A stretch of 64,000 nt of DNA. It comes from a virus. Under the pieces are notes generated by a model. That model worked only from the letters and a program-made list of their open reading frames with translations, did no database searches and was not told where the DNA came from. The DNA lies in IMG/VR virus record IMGVR_UViG_3300026512_000005, positions 32,001 through 96,000 of that record; one strand, 5' to 3'. The position numbers and the translations under genes are program-made. Shown here piece after piece: positions 57,457 through 64,000 of this stretch. Position 1 is the first letter of the stretch. Every line of letters starts with the position of its first letter.

Positions 57457-58269
57457 ATGAATGCACTAATCTATAGTATAAATAGAATTTTAAGAGTGAT
57501 ACCGAAGGACATTTTACATTTAGCATTTATGCGAAAAGTTGAATCGTATAATATACCCAAGATGCGAACTACTACGTTGCAACAACAAATACAAGAACTA
57601 GTATTGGATAATATTGTTCTTGTAGATATAAACCTGATAAGTGGTATGAGTCTATCTATACCTATTGATAAATGTCATATGTATGAATATGAGCATGACA
57701 GTGGTTCACGTAATATTGTTATACGAGTACCATTTAATTTAACTAATGATAAACGTATCTCGGCAGTATATAATCTTACTACAAATGGTAGTAATGTTGA
57801 TAGTAAAATATCCAAAGGTGATTACATTACTGGACAGATAGGTGAGCAACTTGCTAAAACAACACGTAGTAGCCCTGGTATGGTGTACACTGGTCTGGAA
57901 ATAATCTCTAGTAATACGATATTGGTACATGATGATATTTCTATTATATCAAATGGTTTTCTTAACGTAACTGTTGAGAATAATCGTAATCTTAGTAATT
58001 TTAAACCCAGAAGTCAAATACAATTTGCTAAGATGGTTGTTCTAGCTGCTAAAATGTTCATTTATAATACACTAATATTAGAGTTAGATAAAGGTGCATT
58101 ATATCATGGTCATGAACTAAACAGAATATCCGAAATAATTGATAAGTATGAAAGTGCTGAAGAAGAGTATAATACCTTCCTAGAAACTAAGTGGCCTAAG
58201 ATTTCGTTTGTGAATGATGATATCGCAATGTCTAGTTATATAAAACTAATAGCAGGACCGTTACAATAG
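57457..58269 (+). CDS. Conserved phiKZ-like protein (gp59-like)
   Basis: 'MNAL.YSI.RI...IP.DIL..AF', 'LA.K.FIYN' and 'Y..AEEEY..FL..KW' motifs. Confidence 0.55.
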   Translation: MNALIYSINRILRVIPKDILHLAFMRKVESYNIPKMRTTTLQQQIQELVLDNIVLVDINLISGMSLSIPIDKCHMYEYEHDSGSRNIVIRVPFNLTNDKRISAVYNLTTNGSNVDSKISKGDYITGQIGEQLAKTTRSSPGMVYTGLEIISSNTILVHDDISIISNGFLNVTVENNRNLSNFKPRSQIQFAKMVVLAAKMFIYNTLILELDKGALYHGHELNRISEIIDKYESAEEEYNTFLETKWPKISFVNDDIAMSSYIKLIAGPLQ

Positions 58270-58272
58270 TAG

Positions 58273-58300
58273 CTATATAGGAGAGTATTCTCCTATATAG
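58273..58300. terminator. Bidirectional terminator hairpin
   Basis: CTATATAGGAGA-gtat-TCTCCTATATAG followed by a T-tract. Confidence 0.75.
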
Positions 58301-58301
58301 T

Positions 58302-59660
58302 TTATTTTATTTTTGAGTTACCATATCTGAGTATTACATTAGATAAATGCTTAGCTTCATCCATGTTTAAAGCTTTCTCGTGTATTAATAAATGTTTTAG
58401 CACACCACGTGTTACTTGATCTTTGTCTTTATTAACACCGATATCATCCTGCTCTTGTCCCAACATAATTGCGTTATGTACAGTATTAGGTAATTCATTA
58501 AAATCATAATTACTATCTGTAAATACTTCATCACCATTAACATACATTGTCAAGCCCTTACCCTTCTTAAATGATAGACTATAACTAATAGTTGTATTAA
58601 GTGGAATTTGTACGCCTGTACCGGGACTAATATTGCGGTCATTAACAGTATGTGATAATTTAAGTATACCTTTATAGTTCACTAATAAAATATAGTTACC
58701 GTATGAACATCTACCGTCTACAGCCCATGACAGAATAGGTCTGAAACCTTCATTATCGTATGACTTGTACGTACCTGAAATAGTAAAATCTTCGGCATGT
58801 GATAGATTTTCTAATAGTACATATCGTTTAATACTTTCATTACTTTTAGGGAACTCTAAACCATCGTTGGTATACCTTAGTAACTCACCATCTATACCAT
58901 CTACTTTGCCAATAACATTTAACGAGTCCTGAGTAAGAGGCCAGTAATCACGTAAAGTATCATTGAAATCAATACCACTAAAATTAACCATACGTTTAAA
59001 ATTCACATTTCTACATTTAGTTACCATACTTGCGTAATAAAGGTTACGTCCTTCACTTACTGTAAGCGTCCCCTTAAATAATCGGGTACTACCTAACGTA
59101 CCTGTGAACGTATACCGCTCGTCACCATTCTTGATAGACCAGAATGAACCTACATATAGTTTACCATTAGCATAATTTATAATTGCTGATTTAGTAGAAA
59201 ATTTACCTGTTATCTGTTTAAGTTTTTGTTTAACACCATCTATAGTTATTTCGTTATTACTGACGTCGTAATTACTGAATTTGACAATTAGGTGATGTTC
59301 CTTACCATCTCTAAAGATATCAGCACTGCAACCATAGATGTCTTTAAACGTAGTATTAAAACCTATTACACCGTCTTTAAAAACAAGACTATATGCACCA
59401 TTACCAAATAGTATCTTAAATCCACCATCTGGATTAACGCTAACCTTTGTCTCTATAGTTAAATTAAAATCGCTATCGTTATCTAAATCGAATTCACCTA
59501 TTAATACCTTACCATTTATAAATTTACCTACCTTGCCAGAAGATGTTTTTTCAATCTCAACTGCACCTGTTAGTACTTCTGGTATCTTACCCTTAAATTC
59601 TAATTCTTTTATTAACTCAGCATTTACTGGTGAGAATTCCAATTTATGTTTTCTATCCAT
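58302..59660 (-). CDS. Tandem LamG/concanavalin-A-like (pentraxin-type) lectin protein
   Basis: 'DGKEHHLIV', 'IDGV', 'MYVNG' and 'LGQEQD' motifs; two beta-sandwich units. Confidence 0.7.
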   Translation of the reverse strand: MDRKHKLEFSPVNAELIKELEFKGKIPEVLTGAVEIEKTSSGKVGKFINGKVLIGEFDLDNDSDFNLTIETKVSVNPDGGFKILFGNGAYSLVFKDGVIGFNTTFKDIYGCSADIFRDGKEHHLIVKFSNYDVSNNEITIDGVKQKLKQITGKFSTKSAIINYANGKLYVGSFWSIKNGDERYTFTGTLGSTRLFKGTLTVSEGRNLYYASMVTKCRNVNFKRMVNFSGIDFNDTLRDYWPLTQDSLNVIGKVDGIDGELLRYTNDGLEFPKSNESIKRYVLLENLSHAEDFTISGTYKSYDNEGFRPILSWAVDGRCSYGNYILLVNYKGILKLSHTVNDRNISPGTGVQIPLNTTISYSLSFKKGKGLTMYVNGDEVFTDSNYDFNELPNTVHNAIMLGQEQDDIGVNKDKDQVTRGVLKHLLIHEKALNMDEAKHLSNVILRYGNSKIK

Positions 59661-59693
59661 AATATCTTTCCTTTTTTTTAATGTTCAAAATAT

Positions 59694-59723
59694 GTTAACT
59701 ATGGTAGTACTACCATAGTTAAC
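59694..59723. terminator. Perfect 30-bp palindrome ending the holin-cytochrome operon
   Basis: GTTAACTATGGTAGT|ACTACCATAGTTAAC. Confidence 0.65.
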
Positions 59724-60039
59724 TCGTTATATAATATTGTTTAAGCTTTTCTATATCCATAAAGATATTTTGTTTTATATCAAGTACACCATCTATGAAC
59801 AATATAAAATCTTTTTCTTTAAGGTTTACTATAAAACTTATATCAGTAGCGGTTGGAGAAACATTAATATAAAACTCACTCATAACCAATGTACAATTAC
59901 TGTATTTGTGATTGACAATTATATTATTACATTGTTCGATAGAGTCGGTCCGTTCATCCTCAATATCATTCATACCTAGTACTAAAGAGGTAGTTGTCCT
60001 ACCTCTATTTTGTTCATCATCGGTTATAATTACAGCCAT
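59719..60039 (-). CDS. Hypothetical protein, third gene of the holin-cytochrome c operon
   Basis: 106 aa; its AAGGA SD overlaps the upstream stop codon. Confidence 0.55.
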   Translation of the reverse strand: MAVIITDDEQNRGRTTTSLVLGMNDIEDERTDSIEQCNNIIVNHKYSNCTLVMSEFYINVSPTATDISFIVNLKEKDFILFIDGVLDIKQNIFMDIEKLKQYYITS

Positions 60040-60052
60040 GTTATTAAATTCC

Positions 60053-60550
60053 TTACTTCAATGTTTTCCAGATCTTACCTAGCGTATAGTTATCAATAGT
60101 TTCTTCTGGGATAGGAGGCATCATAATACCATTCTTAGTACGACCACCCTTTCTTACATATGCCTTAAATTTTTCTACATCAGTGAATATTGAACCTAGG
60201 TCACTTATCATCATATCTGGGGTATTATGACACGTCATACATACTGTACCATTTAACACACCAACACTCTTTTTATACTCATCAAAACTTTCTAGTACGA
60301 AATCTAATTTACTTTCTACTACATTATTCCGTTCAGCTATTTTTTGTACTGGAATATATGTAAGTATAGATATTATAAATATCAGTAGGATTATGTATAT
60401 ATTAAATTTTTGTAGCGGTTGGTCTGATAATACTCGTTGTTCCATAACATAATCATATATATCATCTATCTTTTGTACATATATAGGAATGAGTTCCTGA
60501 TGTACTTCACCCATATCCTCTTCTATAGTTGATGTTTCACCTTTCTTCAT
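60053..60550 (-). CDS. Membrane-anchored monoheme c-type cytochrome
   Basis: One TM helix (aa ~50-67), CMTCH heme motif (60227-60241) and distal 'GIMMPP' Met ligand with class I spacing. Confidence 0.75.
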   Translation of the reverse strand: MKKGETSTIEEDMGEVHQELIPIYVQKIDDIYDYVMEQRVLSDQPLQKFNIYIILLIFIISILTYIPVQKIAERNNVVESKLDFVLESFDEYKKSVGVLNGTVCMTCHNTPDMMISDLGSIFTDVEKFKAYVRKGGRTKNGIMMPPIPEETIDNYTLGKIWKTLK

Positions 60551-60556
60551 AATAGG

Positions 60557-60931
60557 TTATCCTTTCTTGTTTTTATTTATCCCTAGATCTTCTTTACTCA
60601 TTTCTTCTACAGTTTTAACAACCTTAGCCTGTAACATACTGAATACTTCACCACTTGCAGTTGCTACTAAACAGCTTATAAAAATAACTAAATTAATATC
60701 ATTAATATATTTTAAATAATCAAGTAGTAAGTAAGTACCTATACCCACAAAGCCACCTATTAGCATATTCACAAAGAAATAAACTCGTTCATAACTCCAG
60801 TTTATTTCACCATTATTATTGCGTGCGATTATCTTCTTGTTATTTAACAACTTCCACGATCTACTCATGATCGCAACTGCCCCAGCCAATAAGTAAATTA
60901 ATACATATAATAGGTAATCAAATTTGTCCAT
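60557..60931 (-). CDS. Holin-like small membrane protein (3 TM)
   Basis: 124 aa; three hydrophobic segments, 'GGFVG' and a highly charged C-terminus. Confidence 0.6.
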   Translation of the reverse strand: MDKFDYLLYVLIYLLAGAVAIMSRSWKLLNNKKIIARNNNGEINWSYERVYFFVNMLIGGFVGIGTYLLLDYLKYINDINLVIFISCLVATASGEVFSMLQAKVVKTVEEMSKEDLGINKNKKG

Positions 60932-61085
60932 ACTTTTTATTTAAAGATTATAGTTTATACAAACATATGTCTTCATCTCCCTGTCTTTTATTTTTCCTAT
61001 ATATTTTATAAAAGGTAATCTATTATTTATATAGTTCAATAAAAAAGAAAAAAAGTACTTCGGTATAGGTGAACAGACTTATTGT

Positions 61086-61502
61086 CTATTCACTTATATG
61101 TTCTTTTGTACGTATCTTGATGTAAACATCCTTTCCGGACAGCCACGGTAAGTCGTACCTCATAGTATATATAATATTTTGTACTACAATACCTTCTACA
61201 CCTATACACCTTCCCTTTTCAGCTAGTGGTACCATTAACTTAATGCGAACACTTTGATACTTCTTAAGCTTATTCTGTGGTATAATAACATACCCGATAG
61301 GTAAAGTTATAATATAGTATCGATATTTATATTTAGATGTACCATTATTAATATCTTCTAATAATTCTATAAAATCATCTTCTTCCTCTTTAGAATAATC
61401 CTTTCCTAGAACATCTTCTACAGTGAAACTATAAAACATCCTAGGTACGAACCCTTTAATTATTAATAGATTACTTCTATACTTAATTTGTCTTTCCATC
61501 AA
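61086..61502 (-). CDS. Hypothetical protein
   Basis: 138-aa ORF. Confidence 0.5.
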   Translation of the reverse strand: MMERQIKYRSNLLIIKGFVPRMFYSFTVEDVLGKDYSKEEEDDFIELLEDINNGTSKYKYRYYIITLPIGYVIIPQNKLKKYQSVRIKLMVPLAEKGRCIGVEGIVVQNIIYTMRYDLPWLSGKDVYIKIRTKEHISE

Positions 61503-61963
61503 TTATCCTTCAATTGCTGCTCACCCATGAATTTTGCGAACATCTCTATAGTGTATTCATAACTACGTTTATGTGCCATGAGTACTACGTTAGTTGTATC
61601 CTCAGGGATTTCTGTTAACCCTGCATAACCACACTGGCTGTATTTTTTACTGCCATAATCTTTACATATAATCGGACGATCTGCATATACACTACATTTG
61701 TTGTCTTTGTAAAAGACACACTTCTTACTAATGTCTATCGCCTGACCCTTGGGGGATAGTCTAAATGTATCACCTTTTCCAGGGTTATGCTGTTTAGTTA
61801 TATGTTTAAACGAATACTTCGCTGACAGTCTTTTAATGTCATCCTTCGTAAAAATAACATCCTGACTACAGCACTCACCACCACATTCATCGCATGGTAA
61901 CCTACCTGTAATCTCCTCTTGACGCAAAAAATTCATGAACTCACTATTGAGCATCTCATCCAT
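61499..61963 (-). CDS. YkgJ-family (CxxCxxCC) Zn/Fe-S cluster protein
   Basis: CDECGGECC...CVFY...CSVYADRPIICKDY. Confidence 0.8.
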   Translation of the reverse strand: MDEMLNSEFMNFLRQEEITGRLPCDECGGECCSQDVIFTKDDIKRLSAKYSFKHITKQHNPGKGDTFRLSPKGQAIDISKKCVFYKDNKCSVYADRPIICKDYGSKKYSQCGYAGLTEIPEDTTNVVLMAHKRSYEYTIEMFAKFMGEQQLKDN

Positions 61964-61979
61964 ACTATCTCCTTTATGG

Positions 61980-62345
61980 TTATCTTCTGTTTATACTCCA
62001 TCGTAACTCCGTTCTAATACGTGTTGCGACATCTGTAAGTAATTCAAAATCATTAATATCTGTTATATACTCATCGTGTTCTTTCATTAATATCAGGATA
62101 ATCTGCGGTAGGTTATCGCCTATAATTTCACTCATCTGTAGTAATTTCTTATCCGAGACATAATGAGCTTGCTCTAAATAATAAGCCATGTTATATTTCA
62201 GTTTTATTATGTTTATCTTACGATTAAGATCGTTATACTCTTTACTACCATACGCGTATAGGTATAACCGTTTCTGCTTTCGTTGCATATGATTTTTAAA
62301 CCGTCTACTAGTTATTTCGATTATTACTTTATTTATTAAGAACAT
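61980..62345 (-). CDS. Hypothetical protein
   Basis: 121-aa ORF. Confidence 0.45.
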   Translation of the reverse strand: MFLINKVIIEITSRRFKNHMQRKQKRLYLYAYGSKEYNDLNRKINIIKLKYNMAYYLEQAHYVSDKKLLQMSEIIGDNLPQIILILMKEHDEYITDINDFELLTDVATRIRTELRWSINRR

Positions 62346-62823
62346 TGGATACTAGCCTTTTAAAAGCTTTACTAGATGAATAACAAATAGTTTTTGCTTT
62401 GTGGTATATTGAACGTTTTTGCAAACGATCTAGTAATTGTTCATTTCGGATTATAATCGTCGTGAGTAACATTAAATGTTTTATATCAGTAAACCCACGT
62501 TCTGATTTACTGTTCATAAAACGTACATAATCTTCTAAGGCTACCTTATGAACGACTATCTTATTCTTAACGCGTGCAACGCGTATTCGTTGTTTTAATT
62601 TATAATCAGAACTAGGTACTATATTATCCAGTAAGTTATAAAAACTCTCATAATTATGTACATGTAAACTAGTTATTGATAACCTGTCATCTTTTGTATC
62701 AATTCTGACACGCTCCAAATTCTGCATTGTATGGAACATAAAAACTGCTTGTACCATTAATGTTTTATGCTTTATTGGTATACCTTCTATTACGGTATAA
62801 ACACCCATTTCATTATACGTCAT
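62329..62823 (-). CDS. Hypothetical early protein
   Basis: Start moved to ATG 62823 (AAGGA SD); TATATTAC motif at ~62868-62876. Confidence 0.5.
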   Translation of the reverse strand: MTYNEMGVYTVIEGIPIKHKTLMVQAVFMFHTMQNLERVRIDTKDDRLSITSLHVHNYESFYNLLDNIVPSSDYKLKQRIRVARVKNKIVVHKVALEDYVRFMNSKSERGFTDIKHLMLLTTIIIRNEQLLDRLQKRSIYHKAKTICYSSSKAFKRLVSNVLNK

Positions 62824-62895
62824 GTATATATTTCCTTTTTGGTTAAATTTGTACATTGTACTATATAAGTAATATAAAAGTAAAAAAAGATGGAT

Positions 62896-62923
62896 ACTAG
62901 TATGTACATATGTACATACTAGT
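62896..62923. terminator. Perfect 28-bp palindrome / terminator
   Basis: ACTAGTATGTACAT|ATGTACATACTAGT, followed on the minus strand by a T-tract. Confidence 0.65.
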
Positions 62924-63068
62924 TTATTTATCATCTGTAAGTTACTTTTAACTGTAGTAAGAAACTAATTAGAGTTATTTAGAACAACCTGAACAGATGC
63001 TTCGATCCGAGTAACATTAATACTGTGAACTCGCCATCTGTCCTCAACTCGTTTCAACATTCTTTAAC

Positions 63069-63590
63069 TCACATTAAACTTATCTTCCCATTCTGTGAAC
63101 TTCGACAATACCTGTCATCACCAAATAAAGTTGACTCTAAATGTAATCGTAAACTATTCATAATCAACAAACGACCATACTTGTAGAGTATATGTTTATT
63201 ACACTTTAAATCCAACTTACCTATGGGATCATTCAACAGGTAGAGTATTTCTTCTATCACATTATCTAGTGTACCGGTATCTAAACCAATTATTGATAAG
63301 TAAAAGTTTATACACTCACCTTCATTACTACGTCTAACTACATTCTTGCTATAAATACGGTATTTATTCATTAGAATTAAATTAAATATTAGAGCAACTT
63401 TCTCCTTAACCGCAGTACCATTTATACCCGTGCTACTATATATTACTAACTTATCAGCGTTAGACTGTAAACGTAGTCCATAACTCGGATACATCAACTT
63501 TAAAACACGTACGAAAAGCATGAGATCATCTAGAAATGTATGAAAATGTTCATTACCTTTTTCTATTTCAAATATACGATATGTTCGCAT
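63069..63590 (-). CDS. Hypothetical protein
   Basis: 173-aa ORF. Confidence 0.45.
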   Translation of the reverse strand: MRTYRIFEIEKGNEHFHTFLDDLMLFVRVLKLMYPSYGLRLQSNADKLVIYSSTGINGTAVKEKVALIFNLILMNKYRIYSKNVVRRSNEGECINFYLSIIGLDTGTLDNVIEEILYLLNDPIGKLDLKCNKHILYKYGRLLIMNSLRLHLESTLFGDDRYCRSSQNGKISLM

Positions 63591-63594
63591 TTGG

Positions 63595-64000
63595 TTAATC
63601 CTGCTCGATTTCTATATCATATCCTAGTTGTTTAACATACTTCATAAGCATAGTCGCAGTTATATCATTAATAAGTTTCGATGACACAACTAATGGTTCT
63701 AACGTTTGTATGTACTCATCAAGTACGTTAGTAATAAATTCCATATCTAGGATATGTGTTCGGATATACTTCAACGATTTTACTTCTAGATATAACCCTT
63801 TAATACGTTTATCAACCATTTTCATTACCGCTGTATAAATTTGTACTTCCGCAGTAATACCGTTAAACTCAAATGCATATAGGAAACTAATAATATCTCC
63901 AATACTAATGTTATCCCCTTTAGTAGTTTTACGGCTCAATTGTTCGATAAATCTAGCACTATCCGCAAAGTACACTCCATCGGTAAATAATGTTTGCTCT
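63595..64000 (-). CDS. Hypothetical protein, probably 5'-truncated by the window edge
   Basis: The frame stays open upstream of the track's GTG (63975) to the window end. Confidence 0.45.
   Translation of the reverse strand, partial: EQTLFTDGVYFADSARFIEQLSRKTTKGDNISIGDIISFLYAFEFNGITAEVQIYTAVMKMVDKRIKGLYLEVKSLKYIRTHILDMEFITNVLDEYIQTLEPLVVSSKLINDITATMLMKYVKQLGYDIEIEQD

Noticed and set aside
1615-59979. Many 60-170-aa ORFs antisense to long genes (e.g. 8680-9051, 38123-38629, 48443-48964)
   Set aside because: They lack SDs, have Ser/Leu/Ile-rich shadow composition and overlap well-supported genes completely.
60941-60976. Mini-ORFs (MKTYVCINYNL*, MFV*) upstream of the SD-poor holin start
   Set aside because: They are too short and the SD spacing is ambiguous, so they cannot be distinguished from chance.
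62964-63059. 31-codon minus-strand ORF (MLKRVEDRWR...)
   Set aside because: It has a weak SD and no recognisable motif.
1-64000. Stop-codon reassignment (alternative genetic code)
   Set aside because: Core genes are full length in the standard code, and TAA, TAG and TGA all end genes.

Overview
This 64-kb window (about 30% GC by eye, no host genes, tRNAs or CRISPR arrays seen) comes from a phiKZ-like, nucleus-forming jumbo phage (Chimalliviridae-like). It holds the core blocks. These are chimallin (ChmA); four non-virion RNA polymerase subunits (gp123-, gp71/73-, gp74- and gp68-like) plus the virion RNAP beta' C-terminal subunit; the ChmC/PicA/Nlp block; PolB, DnaB, an SF2 helicase with an intein and SbcD; and the major capsid protein, internal head proteins and baseplate/neck proteins. 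phiKZ gp numbers are assigned from remembered motifs and synteny, not from a database search. AAGGA ribosome-binding sites, low GC and the SLT type suggest a Campylobacterota host (inference). The most notable observations are: (1) a membrane-anchored c-type cytochrome (CxxCH...MP) encoded 6 nt after a holin-like gene, a possible redox-sensing lysis module; (2) a ~490-nt, densely structured, strand-resolved non-coding RNA with its own terminator directly upstream of the RNA-binding ChmC homologue, which here lacks its disordered tail; (3) a T-TTT-TTT -1 frameshift site that would fuse the gp77-like chaperone to a start-less downstream ORF (lambda G/GT-like); (4) a class-3 (WCT) intein starting with Glu.
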